In this document: positions 34,811 to 47,962 of the stretch, piece by piece | Layout: each line of letters starts with the position of its first letter | Numbering within the stretch: position 1 is the stretch's first letter | Assembly: GCA_043228905.1 (NCBI GenBank) | Contig: JBHGNT010000012.1 | Location: 10,168,001-10,232,000 of the forward strand | From: Azolla caroliniana | Lineage: Eukaryota; Plantae; Polypodiophyta | Length of the DNA: 64,000 bases | Reading direction: 5' to 3' | The notes under the pieces: model-generated | Seen by the model: the letters and a program-made list of their open reading frames with translations, nothing else | Databases searched by the model: none | Told to the model about the DNA's origin: nothing | Made by a program: the position numbers and the translations under genes

Positions 34811-37787
34811 TGTTGTTTAGTCGATAATAACTATTGTCAACACAATATAGGATGAGCGTTGCTCACCAAACGTTCTATCAATGAATTGTGGTTTAGAAGA
34901 ATAGATACTAAACTTGTTGTAAACTTATCGATGTTCAGTAGGCATCGAGATCGCTATTTATGCAATAAGTTATAACAGAAAGGAAATAGATTGATAGAGC
35001 GTTTCGTACACAGAGATTTCCTAAACTAACTTTATATTACTAAATAAAACGATGTCTCTTTACACTGCCTTCGGTTCCTTTTATAGGAAACCGGAAGGAC
35101 TTCCTCATCAAGAAAACATATTGCCAAACATGGCAAGAACTACAAAATCTTTAACTAACTTATAATTTCAATTTTACTTCGGCCATATACTGACTCATCA
35201 ATCCTCTATACCAATCCGAATCTGACTACGACTCCGAACCTTCTTCATTTTCGACTCCGACACTTCCCCACTTATCCGGGTAACACTTGGCACGTTGTCG
35301 TGAAGAATTTCGGCTAGAGGCGGAAACCGGGAAACATTGGCTACATTGGCGGGTTGCAGCGTGTGTACGCACCCATGTACATTTAGTGTGAATATCGAGG
35401 GCGCCTTTATGGCGCCGAAGAATATGTAAGTCGGTATTTATCCCACATTGTAACGCATCCCTCTCCTTGTTCTATAAAAGGAAGGGAACGCCCTTTGTGA
35501 AAGGGTTGCCCATTTTGCATTAGAGGGTATACCGTTAGGTTTAGAGTTAGCTTCTTCTTCTTCTTTTCCCCCCTCTTCGTGTTCGTTTAGGGTTTGCTTC
35601 AACTCATCTCCTGCGCAAGACCCTGCTCGGCGCAACGAGCCCGTGAGCTCCCCGACCGACGGCTTGGCAACTGACGACTACTGTAACCTACCTTGGTCCG
35701 GCTCGACGCCGGGAATGTATTCTTCCTTATATATATATATATACGTTGTGTCTGTCTGTGTATATTCGCGTCTCTGTTGGTGTTGGGTGCTTCCCCTTTC
35801 CTGCGTCTCCTGTACATAAGGGCGTGAGTAGGGTCGGCATGTGTGTGTGTGTGCGTGTGTGTGCGTGAGTCGGTGTTAAGCGCGCACTCCCTCTCTTTCT
35901 CTCTCTCTCTTCGGTAGCTTCCGGTGTTCTTCTGGGATCCCCGGAAACGGTGAAGCGCGACTTCCTACGCTCCGTCACTCCCTAGTCCAAGACCCCCGTG
36001 GTCCCGCCTTTCTCCACGCACGCGCGTAAAAACGCAACATATTTGGTGAACCCGACGTGAAAGGCGGCAAGGGAGGATGGAGTTGGAAGATGACGACCTT
36101 GCGGAGATGGTGGCCGAAGTGGTGTTGGAGTCGGCACGAATGGTGATGAGGCGAGAAGCAGCGCAATAGGCGGTTGAGCGAGTGGTCGAAAGAGTCAACC
36201 GTTTCAACGGGGACAAAGTCCCATCTTACTTGGAAGCCTACAACGCGGAAATGGAGGAGCGTGGCGTAGACGAGGCGTTAAGGATGGAGTTCTTCTATCG
36301 GATCGTAGCTGTCCGGATGCATGCGGAAGTAAAGGAGCTCCGTGAGGCTCATGGTTCGTGGGAGGCCTTCGAAGAGGCACTCCTGAAGGCATACGGAGGA
36401 CGGCGGAAGAGCCGGGGACGACACGACTTCGACTAGTGGGTAGCATCGGCAAAGACCCACTGGGGCGCGACGAAGGCGTTCTGAGAGTTCGAGCGACGGC
36501 TTGCTCGGCTCCCGGAGCGGGGACAAGGTTTGGTGGGGGCGGACAAGGTCCTGTTGTTCGTCAGGTCGATCGACCGAGTGGAACGGGAGGCCATCGGGAT
36601 TGAGCTCGAAGACGATGACGGGGCGAATGGGCTTACGGAGGACTGGTCGAAGGTCGGAAGGGTGTGCCAACGGCTAGACAACGAGCGAGCCGAGAAGGCT
36701 AAGAGGAAGGGGCACGACGGCGTGCCATCACAACGGGAAGAGGCCGAATGACAAAGGGAGTTGGCAAGGATCGGCGTTGGGGCCAGGATTGCGGAGGCGT
36801 ACGCAGCTCTCGAGGCGATGCTCGAGGAAGAGGAAAGATCAAGGCCGCAAGCCGAGACTGACGAGACGGACTTGCCCCACGCGACGACGGAAGATCGGTA
36901 TGACGGTACCACGGGAGAGGGTGCGGAACAAAACGCCCTCTCGACTTGCAGAGATAGAACGGCCAAGGACGAGGCTGAGATACCGATCGCGGAACCGGAA
37001 CGTTGGGACCAGCGGTTTCAGGCGTGTCAGCCCGAGATCCCGGTCATTGGAGAAGCAAGCCCAGACGGGGCTTGCGCGATCGGTAAGAAGACGACCACCG
37101 ACCACGAAGAGTCGGTGGCTACAGACAAGGGCGTAAAACGGACGGGCGATTCTTTGTGTCTTCCTACACTTACTCCCGAGATGATGGCAGTCGGACCCGA
37201 GTGCCCACGTGAGTCCCAAGCGGAGAAAGGCGGCGGAGAAAGGCAAAGAATCACCGGCGAGACGATACGGGGAAGGAGCGGACGAAAGCCCGCGGACCCG
37301 ATTCCGGAGAACTTGGCATTCGGGCCCGTATGGCCATGTAAGACCGAGGAGATGGATGGCGGTACCGAGGAGTCCTAGCACGATGCCAGTGAAGTCGGAT
37401 GGGAAACGGCCTGCGAGGAGGCTAAGGACGGAAGCGGCACGAGGAGATCGGCATTCCGATACGGGTGGAGTGTGATCCGGTCGTGGATTGTTCGATCGGG
37501 GCTGGATTCGGCATGAAAGTGCCGAAACGGAAGAGGGTGTGGGACGAGCCGACCTCTTTTACATGGGGAGAAAGACCGACTGGGCAAAGGTGGAGAGATG
37601 GAAGGATGAACGGACCCGGCGAGCGAGAACTGGGCGGAGCGGACTCCCAGATGACCATTCCGGGAGGGAGGAAGAGAGCAGGCCTACGAAGAGGCCGAGG
37701 ACACGGTACGACAGTACAACGGGAGAGGGTGCGGAGTAAACTGCCCTCTCGGCATGCGGAAAGGGACGACCTGGGACAGGGTCGGGA

Positions 37788-38355
37788 AGATCTCGAGAGG
37801 CCTACGGAGGATCCTTCACACCGGTTCTAGAGACTTCGGCAGTCGGTAACGCGGTCGACGTAAGACCAAGATACTGATGGTGGCGGCGAGGTGATGAAGG
37901 CAAGGGCTACAGATCTCAGGAGGCCTACGGAGGATCCTTCACACTGGTTCTAGAGACTTCGGTAGTCGGCAACGCGGTCGATGTAAGACCAAGATACTGA
38001 CGGTGGCGGCGAGGTGACGAAGGCAAGGGCTACAGATCTCGGGAGGCCTACGGAGGATCCTTCACACCGGTTCTAGAGACTTCGGCAGTCGGCAATGCGG
38101 TCGACGTAAGACCAAGATACTGACGGTGGTGGCGAGGTGACGAAGGCAAGGGCTACAGATCTCGGGAGGCCTACGGAGGATCCTTCACACCGGTTCTAGA
38201 GACTTCGGCAGTCAGCAACGTGGTCGACGTAAGACCAAGATACTGACGGTGGCAGCGAGGTGACGAAGGCAAGGGCTACAGATCTCGGGAGGCCTACGGA
38301 GGATCCTTCACACCGGTTCTAGAGACTTCGGTAGTCGGCAATGCGGTCGACGTAA
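37788..38355 (+). repeat. 123-bp tandem repeat, about 4.6 units, internal to element D
   Basis: AGATCTC anchor at 37788, 37911, 38034, 38157 and 38280. More diverged copies continue to about 39240. Confidence 0.95.
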
Positions 38356-40692
38356 GGAAGTCCGGTCCTACGGGATCCCCACACTTAACCGGAGACTCCG
38401 ACTGTTCGGCCAACGTGGCAACGTAAGACCGAGGGAGAAGGAAGGTGGCAGCGGGAAACGGGACCCGACTACGCGGAAGACACGAGGAGAGTCCGGGAGG
38501 GACTCAAACAGAAGACACCCGAATTTCGGCAAGCATAGAAACGGAGTCCGGTCCTATGGGACCCTCACACCGATCCGGAGACCTCGGCTGATCGGCCAAC
38601 GCGGCAACGTAAGACCGATGGAGAAGGACGGTGGCGGCAGGGAACGGGACCCGAAGACACGAGGTTTCGGAAGGAGCCGGTAGGGGCAAACACGGGGAGG
38701 TGTGTCAGGCTGGAAAGGCACACCTGGGACAGAACAAGGGTCTCGCAAGTGGCCATCGAGGGCCTTATCGAAGCGTGACTACGGGACAATGTTCGGCGCA
38801 GGCGGGGCCGAACGAAGGAAGCGGAAGACGGCACAAGGGAGGTGTCGGGATTGAGGTGACAAGTGCCTAGTGGACTGCACAGGGTCGGAGTCAGGGGATG
38901 GCAAGAGAGGCCGGAGGAGGATCCTCCACACTCTCTTCGTAGATCTCGGGAGCTCCGTCGAAGTAGCGAAGACTGACACGGCAAGCCCGGGGTCACAAGC
39001 TGGTGGGGGCGAGGGGACGATGGCAAGCAGAAGACTCAGGACCTACTGCAGCAGCACGAAGACGGAAAGGGCCAAGCAGGCTACTACAGGGTGTTCCTCG
39101 GATGCAAAGGACGCCGGTATGCGGGTGGGTAGCGATGCACGATCAAGCCGGAAAGGGATCCTCCACACCGTTCCGGAGACCATGGCGGTTCGAGCCGACG
39201 CGGCGATGTAAGACCATGGAGAAGGAAGGTGGCGGCGAGAGGACGAGGGCAACGCGAAACGACAAGGGACGGCAATCAGGACGATGCGAATGATCAACGG
39301 AGGCCAAGCGGGCCACTACGGGCATGCCTCAAGAGGAGGACATCGGGCCTACGACGGGAAGCGGGGCGTTCATACGGCCGAACAAGGGCCAACGGAAGTA
39401 CGTGTACTACGAAGATCGCGGCAAAGGACCCATCGACGGGTCGAACGAGCCTACGGGGAGGCGAGCGCGAAGGAAGACTCGAAGCCGACGGATCAAACCG
39501 GCAGCGAGCCGAGATGCGGATCACGGGAGACCGGTTTCTCACCGGCCGAAATCTCTCACCCTTCAACCAGATTTGGCACGTACCGGTGGACGTGCAGTAA
39601 GGTGGGGGCGGATGTCGTGAAGAATTTCGGCCAGAGGCGGAAACCGGGAAACATTGGCTACATCGGCGGGTTGCAGCGTGTGTACACACCCATGTACATT
39701 TAGTGTGAATATCGAGGGCGCCTTTATGGCACCGAAGAATATGTAAGTCCGGATTTATCCCACATTGTAACGCATCTCTCTCCTTGTTCTATAAAAGGAA
39801 GGGAACGCCCTTTGTGAAAGGGTTGCCCATTTTGCATTAGAGGGTATACTGTTAGGTTTAGAGTTAGCTTCTTCTTCTTCTTCTTCTTCTTCTTCTTCTT
39901 TTCCCCCCCCTTCGTGTTCGTTTAGGGTTTGCTTCAGCTCATCTACTGCGCAAGACCCCGCTCGGTGCGACGAGCCCGTGAGCTCCCCGACCGGCGGCTT
40001 GGCAACCGACGACTACAGTAACCTACCTTGGTCCGGCTTGATGGAAATAATCAACACTTTCCGAACTTCACCTCTCGGCCACAACCAAGGAAACACACGA
40101 ATCGTTGTTGCAGAAAATAGGAAATGCAAAAGTAAATAAGTGGACACACGATTTAACGTGGAAAACCCTGTACGGGAAAAACCACGGGAGTACAAGACTC
40201 CGAACCAAAACTATGCACAGAGAAATATACAATGGCGAGCTGCAAGGCGACGACCTTGAGCTCGCTGTCCTCGCCACAGGCGGCGAGATTACACAGAGGC
40301 GTCGACCTCTTCCTCTCTCACGCTCTATCTCTCTCACGGCTGCTCTCTCTTCACTCCTCTTGAGTGGAAAAACAGAAAAATGAGTAGCACCCATAAAACT
40401 GTTTGCCCTAAGTCATATTTATACGCATATGACTTTCGGGCTATTTACAAATATAGCCTCAAGGGCCCTTGGCAAACATATTCACAAATATGTCCCCGCA
40501 TCCGGATCTCGCTCCGGGTACATTCATCATCCGGCTCCGTAGCCGGGGTCTTCATCATCCGGCTCCGTAGCCGGAGTCTTCATCATCCGGCTCCGAAGCC
40601 GGGACCGTAACCGTAACCGGGATTGCCGTCATTCATCTCCGGACATCCGACCATCCCATCCGGAGGGACCGTAATCCCAACAAACTCCCCCT

Positions 40693-43600
40693 TCACTTCG
40701 GCATGGGATGTCTCTCCAATCCGATCCTCTTCCGGCATGCTTCCAGCTTGTCGGGTGTGAGCACCTTGGTCAGCATATCCGACCCGTTCTCGTCCGTGTG
40801 GATCTTCGTCAGCACGAACTCCTTGTCTTCTATCCTTTCCCGGATCCAGTGATATCTTCGCTGGATGTGCTTCATCCGGGAGTGATAGGCCGCGTTCTTC
40901 GCAAGGTGGATTGCACTCTGACTGTCGCAGTAGAGTCGGTACTCCTCCTGCCGGATACCGAGCTCTCTAATGAAGTCCTTCATCCATATTATTTCCTTGC
41001 CGGCTTCAACAGCCGCCATGTACTCCGCCTCCGTGGTTGACAACGCAACCGTCTTCTGCAGCCTCGACTGCCATGAAACAGCTCCCCCTGCATACGTCAT
41101 CACATACCTTGATGTGGACCGGCTGGTATCTGCTTCAGCTGACATATCCGAATCGGTGAAGCCGTCGAGTTCGGGCTTACCGGAGCCGAATCGGAGGCAC
41201 ACGTTTGCCGTGCCCTTCAGGTATCGGAGTATCCACTTGGCCGCGTTCCAATGCTCTTTGCCGGGATTGCTCATGTACCGGCTCACCACTCCGACTGCAT
41301 ATCCTATGTCCGGTCGGGTACACACCATTGCGTACATCAAGCTCCCAACGGCAGAGGCATATGGTACTTTCATCATGTCCTCCTTCTCAGCCTTTGTCTT
41401 GGGGCTTTGCTTGCTGGACAACTTGCAGTTTGCCGGGAGTGTTGACCCGACCGATCTTGCTTCCGACATGTTGAACCGGTGAAGCACCTTTGTCACGTTG
41501 TCGTGCCTTTTGGCTCCGGATCGTTGCGTGAGTCGGGTGGGAACCACAGAGGTCTTGGACTAGGAGAAAGAAGTTCGTGAGATAGAGATTAATTATGAAT
41601 AAATAGCGAAGAGAAAGATAAGAAACTCGTGAATCACACGAGTATACTATATTAATTGGTACTTAGGGTGTTAAGAGAGAAGTAGATGTATAAATCGTGA
41701 ATCCCACGAATAATTTTTGTATTGATTAATACTTAATCCAAATAATCAACAACAACTACAATGTGCTCCCCATCCTTATATAGTGATGGGAGAGACTAAG
41801 CATAGCTACATGCTTTTTCTCATATGTTCATGCACACTAAATGTGCATGTGATGCTTTTTATTTTATTTTATTTCCTAAGTATAGGGCTCATGCACGCTA
41901 GATGTGCATGAGTTATTTTTAGTGTCTCGTGTTTTTTCTTTTTCATATATTAAAGAAATACACGATTTACCTTTTAATAAAGGTATGCATAAATAAAGGT
42001 CTTATACATATTAAATCTATATTTAAAACACTTAAGATAATTTAATGTAATGGTAAGGTTGGGGTTTGTCAACGTGGAGGTGCAAAGTTCGAATCATGCC
42101 CTGCGCAGTAGTGAGTATTTCCTTTCTTTTTACATTTATGTCTCTTTATCCGGCTCTTCCTTGCCGGTATGCCGTTTTCTTCCTTGCCGGTATGCCGTTT
42201 TTCCTCCTTGCCGGTATGCCGTTTTCCTCCTTGCCGGTATGCCGTTTTCTTCCGGTTCCCACCGAGCACTCCATTCTCTATCCGGAGGGACAAAAATATA
42301 ATTTCCACATAGTGTGCAACCTACACTACGACAACGGGTTGAAGCAGGCTCCCTAGCAAGGGTACCAGAAGTTTGACTCCTTCCTGATACTCCTCTTGTA
42401 CGTGGACGACATGTTGATCGTCGCACGAGACCAAGTCAAGATACGGGTCAGAAGAAGGCCCTAAACCGGACCTTCTCAATGAAAGACTTGGGTCTAGCAA
42501 GATAGATGCTGGGGATGCATATCATCCGGGACCAGCCAACGAAGCAATTGTGGCTGTCACAGAAGAAGTACGTGACAAAGGTGCTTCAACGGTTCAACAT
42601 GTCAGATGCGAAACCCGTCAGATCGACACTTCCGGCAAACTGCAGGTTATCCGGTAAGCTAAGCCCGAAGACGAAGGCAGAGAAGGTGGATATGATGAAG
42701 ATAGCATATGCCTCTGTCGTCAGGAGCTTAATGTACGCAATGGTGTCCCCTCCGCGTTTCCACCCAATCCTCGAATCCCCTCCGCGTTGCCTTGGAGGAG
42801 TCCTCGATGGCAAACGTGGTCTTTAACGCCTCTTCGAATGCTTCCCACGTCGGATTTTGTTGTTGCAACCCGTAGATACTCCCTTGAAGCCCGTCGGTCG
42901 CCACCCGGTTAAAGGATGTCACTTGCAGTCCTTCCGAAGCCCGGCACCGGAGCATCTCCGCCTTGTAGTCCTGCAAATATCGCGACACATCCTTACCATT
43001 AAATTGCCCGTTGTGTTGCACGAGCCGCTCTACTGATGCCGAAATCTCCGACATCGTGCGTTGTTCTTGAAGCATCCATTCGAACATCGCCATCATATTG
43101 TTAGCTTGTTGAGCCTCCATCTCCTTGCCACCCGTCTTCACGTCAGGTTCACCAACTGTGTCGTGCCTTTCGGCTCCGGATCGTTGCGTGAGTCGGGTGG
43201 GAACCACAGAGGTCTTGGACTAGGAGAAAGAAGTTCGTGAGATAGAGATTAATTATGAATAAATAGCGAAGAGAAAGATAAGAAACTCGTGAATCACACG
43301 AGTATACTATATTAATTGGTACTTAGGGTGTTAAGAGAGAAGTAGATGTATAAATCGTGAATCCCACGAATAATTTTTGTATTGATTAATACTTAATCCA
43401 AATAATCAACAACAACTACAATGTGCTCCCCATCCTTATATAGTGATGGGAGAGACTAAGCATAGCTACATGCTTTTTCTCATATGTTCATGCACACTAA
43501 ATGTGCATGTGATGCTTTTTTTTTATTTCCTAAGAATAGGGCTCATGCACGCTAGATGTGCATGAGTTATTTTTAGTGTCTCGTGTTTTTTCTTTTTCAT

Positions 43601-46600
43601 ATATTAAAGAAATACACGATTTACCTTTTAATAAAGGTATGCATAAATAAAGGTCTTATACATATTAAATCTATATTTAAAACACTTAAGATAATTTAAT
43701 GTAATGGTAAGGTTGGGGTTTGTCAACGTGGAGGTGCAGAGTTCGAATCATGCCCTGCGCAGTAGTGAGTATTTCCTTTTTTTACATTTATGTCTCTTTA
43801 TCCGGCTCTTCCTTGCCAGTATGCCGTTTTCTTCCTTGCCGGTATGCCGTTTTTCCTCCTTGCCGGTATGCCGTTTTCCTCCTTGCCGGTATGCCGTTTT
43901 CTACCGGTTCTCACCGAGCACTCCGTTCTCTATCCGGAGGGACAAAAATATAATTTCCACATAGTGTGCAACCTACACTACGACAACGTACTTCTCCTGT
44001 GACAGCCACAACTGCTTCTTCTTCCGGTCCCGGATGATGTGCATACCTAGTATTTGCCTCGCCGGACCCAGGTCCTTCATTGAGAAGGTTCGGTGAAGAG
44101 CCTTCTTCAGCATCCGTATCTTGACCTGGTCTCGTCCGACGATCAACATGTCGTCCACGTACAGGAGGAGTATTAGAAAGTCTCCTCCTTCGAACTTCTT
44201 CACAAACACGCAGTGATCGGACTGCGTTTTGTGGTACCCTTCGTCTGTCATGAAGAAGTCGAACTTCCGGTACCATTGCCGGGGAGCCTGCTTCAGACCG
44301 TAAAGGCTCTTCTTCAACCGGCATACCAGGTGCTCCTTCCCTTTCTTCTCGAATCCTTCCGGTTGCTGCATGTAGATCTCTTCTTCGACGTCACCGTGAA
44401 GGAATGCCGTCTTCACGTCCATCTGTTCTACCTCGAGGTCCATGCTTGCCGCTATGCTCAGCACCGTCCGGATGGAGGTCATCTTCACTAACGGGGCAAA
44501 TATCTCGTCGAAGTCGACGCCCTTCTTCTGCTGGAACCCCTTCACCACGATCCTGGCTTTGTATCTCGGGGGGTTTCCGGCATCTCCCGGTTTCAGCTTG
44601 AACACCCACTTGTTACGGAGTGCCCGTTTTCCTTTCGGCAACTCCACAAGTTCATATGTGTGGTTCTCATGCAGGGAATCCATCTCCTCCTGCATGGCAC
44701 TTAACCACCTGCGGCTATGGGTGTCATGCTTCGCTTCTTCAAAGCTCTCCGGCTCCCCCTCGTCGGTTAGCAGCACGTGCTCTGGTTCCGGAAATCTCCG
44801 GGGAGCCCTTCTCTCTCTTAGAGGATATCTCCGTTCCGGAGCTTCGGTAACCGGTTCTTCCGATTCTTCTTCATCCGAATCCATTTCGGGATCGGGGCCG
44901 GTTCCGGTATCATTTTCATCTTCTTCGGCCGGTTCTGTTTCTTCACCGTCTTCGGCCGGATCTTCGAGTGTTAACCGGTCCCTTGCCGGTCGGGACTGCT
45001 CCTCGTAGAGTTTATCCTCACCGGTCGACTTGGAGCTCTTCATCTTCTTCTCCGACTCCCAGTCGGCGAGTGTCTTGTTCTCCATGAAGATGATATCACG
45101 ACTCCGGAATATCTTCTTGTCGACCGGGTCCCATACTCGGTAGCCGAACTCGTCATCGCCGTAACCGAGGAATATGCATGGCCGGGTCTTTGGATCTAGC
45201 TTTCCTCTCCGGTCCTTTGCCACATGCACGTATGCGAGACACCCGAACACCTTCAGATGCCGGTAGGATACTTCCCTACCGGTCCACACTCTCTGCGGCG
45301 TGTCTCCGTCCAAAGGTACTGAGGGTGATCTGTTTATCACGTATGTCGCCGTTGACATCGCCTCAGCCCAAAACCCCTTGGGTAATTCCGCATGCGCCAG
45401 CATACTCCGGACCCTCTCCATTATGGTCCGGTTCATCCTTTCGGCCAGCCCGTTCAGTTCCGGCGTCTTCGGCACAGTAAACTCGAGCCGGATTCCCATC
45501 GAACGGCAATACTCCTCAAATTGCCCTCGGTATTCTCCTCCGTTATCCGCTCGTATCGCTTTTAGCTTCTTGCCGGATTCCCTTTCCAGTCTCGCGTGGA
45601 GTTCTTTGAAGACGCACAACACTTGGTCCTTTGTCTTCAACGGTGCCGTCCACAGCTTCCGGCTGTGATCATCAATGAATGTTACGAAGTACTGGGCTCC
45701 GCCATGTGACTTCGTTTCTACCTGACACACATCAGTGTGCACCAACTCCAATGGTGCGCTACGTCTCGTCGGTGGCCTTGAGTGGAAGGAGGTTCGGTTC
45801 TGCTTACCGGCCAGGCAATCAGTGCACTTCTCCAGGTGCACATGCTTCACTGGAATAAGGTTGTCTTCTGCAAGCCTCTTCATCCCCTTCTCACTCATGT
45901 GGCACAGTCTCTTGTGCCACAGCTCACCGGCAGTGTCGGCTGCCACGTTCAACTCTTCCGGACACAACCAGGCATTCATAAGGTACAGTGTGTTGACTTT
46001 CCGGGCCCGAGCCACTATCAGGCTCCCCTTGCTGAACTTCATTACGCCGTTCCGGATGCTACCTGTGTAGCCTTCATCGTCTAGCCTCCCGGCCGAAATC
46101 AGGTTCAATTGAACCTCCGGAACGTGTCGGACATCCTTCAGCAGCATTTTGCATCCGGTCGAGGTTGTCAACCACACGTCTCCTATGCCGACAATCCGGC
46201 ACGTACCTTCATTTCCCATCCGAACACAGCCATGCTCACCGACTGTGTAGGATGAGAAGTATCTTCTCTCCGGGGTCAGGTGGAACGATGCTCCGGAATC
46301 GACCACCCAGGTCGTCTCATCGCCGGCAATGTTTAGTTCACCTTCTTCGGTGATGAGCATGATTTCTTCCTCACTTGCCGCGAGTGCCGTCGTTCCTTTC
46401 CGGTCCTGCCCTCGCCGATCCGGACCTCTCCGGTCCGTGGCTCCCCGGTATGCACCGTTTCTCTCCGGTGACTTCTTCGAATCGGTGTCGTCGGCTCCGT
46501 TGTCCTTTCGGTAATGCCGACAATTCTTCCGGAAGTGCCCCGGCTTCCCACAGTGGAAGCATGTGGGTCTTCCTCTTGACTGCGACCGGGTCCCCGACTT

Positions 46601-47257
46601 CTCCCGTCTTTGCGGACTCCGGTTCCATTGTCTTCCCCGTTCCGATTCGGTAAGCAGCGCCTTCGAGTCGGAGGCCGGTTCTTTATCTCTCCGACGCGCT
46701 TCTTCGTTCAAAATGCTTGTCTTTACCGTTTGTAGAGACAAGTTATCTTCGGTGCAGGAGGTGCTGAGAGTCACCACCAAGTTCTCCCAGCTTTCCGGCA
46801 ATGTACACATCAGAATGATGGCTTGCATTGCATCCTCCAACGGGAACTTGATCGCCGCAAGCTGGTTCACGAATCCCATGAACGTGCTTACGTGTTCCAC
46901 CATACTCTCGCCGTCCCGGTACTTGAGGTTCACTATCTTCCTCATCAGGGAGGTCCGGTTCAACGCATTCTTCCTCTCGTAGAGGCCCGACAGCTTCCGC
47001 CACATCTCATATGCGTTGATGTCGTTCGCCACATGTTGTAGAACGCTCACGTCGACGTATTGCCGAATGGTTGCAACGGCTTTCCGGTTCAGAAGCCTCC
47101 ATTCCGACTCAAGTACCCCCTTCGGTATTTCCGACCTGTCAATCGGTTCGTACAGGTCCCGAACAATCAGAAGATCCTCCATCTTGATCTTCCAGTCGGC
47201 GTAATTCTGCGCATTCAGCACCATCATCCCCGGCTGCCCGCTGCCGCCGCCTTCCAT
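40693..47257 (-). pseudogene. Copia C gag-pol, open except for insertion E in RT (SQEKYV|TKVL)
   Basis: ORFs 43973-47257 and 40693-41547 rejoin in frame when 41499-43985 and one ACGT are removed. Confidence 0.92.
41499..43985 (-). mobile_element. Short non-autonomous LTR element E with tRNA-Trp PBS, gag fragment and antisense copia RT fragment
   Basis: LTRs 41499-42333 and 43159-43985 (TGTCGT..ACGACA). 4-bp TSD ACGT. PBS 43138-43154. Gag piece about 42747-43110; copia RT piece on the + strand at 42334-42746. Confidence 0.92.
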
Positions 47258-47930
47258 TTTCTGCAGCAGCTCGCTCTGATACCAAATTGATGGAAATAAT
47301 CAACACTTTCCGAACTTCACCTCTCGGCCACAACCAAGGAAACACACGAATCGTTGTTGCAGAAAATAGGAAATGCAAAAGTAAATAAGTGGACACACGA
47401 TTTAACGTGGAAAACCCTGTACGGGAAAAACCACGGGAGTACAAGACTCCGAACCAAAACTATGCACAGAGAAATATACAATGGCGAGCTGCAAGGCGAC
47501 GACCTTGAGCTCGCTGTCCTCGCCACAGGCGGCGAGATTACACAGAGGCGTTGACCTCTTCCTCTCTCACGCTCTATCTCTCTCACGGCTGCTCTCTCTT
47601 CACTCCTCTTGAGTGGAAAAACAGAAAAATGAGTAGCACCCATAAAACTGTTTGCCCTAAGTCATATTTATACGCATATGACTTTCGGGCTATTTACAAA
47701 TATAGCCTCAAGGGCCCTTGGCAAACATATTCACAAATATGTCCCCGCATCCGGATCTCGCTCCGGGTACATTCATCATCCGGCTCCGTAGCCGGAGTCT
47801 TCATCATCCGGCTCCGAAGCCGGGACCGTAACCGTAACCGGGATTGCCGTCATTCATCTCCGGACATCCGACCATCCCATCCGGAGGGACCGTAATCCCA
47901 ACACGGCTCGACACCGAGAATGTATTCTTC

Positions 47931-47962
<32 letters not shown>

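Larger units (their letters stand above)
40039..47903 (-). mobile_element. Ty1/copia element C (same family as B), nested in the 3' LTR of D and interrupted by element E
   Basis: TSD CGGCT. LTRs 40039-40682 and 47288-47903. PBS iMet 47273-47284; PPT at about 40683-40692. Confidence 0.96.

Noticed and set aside
37788-38355. Protein-coding 41-aa repeat or CRISPR
   Set aside because: Stops in all three forward frames; whole units are repeated without spacers.
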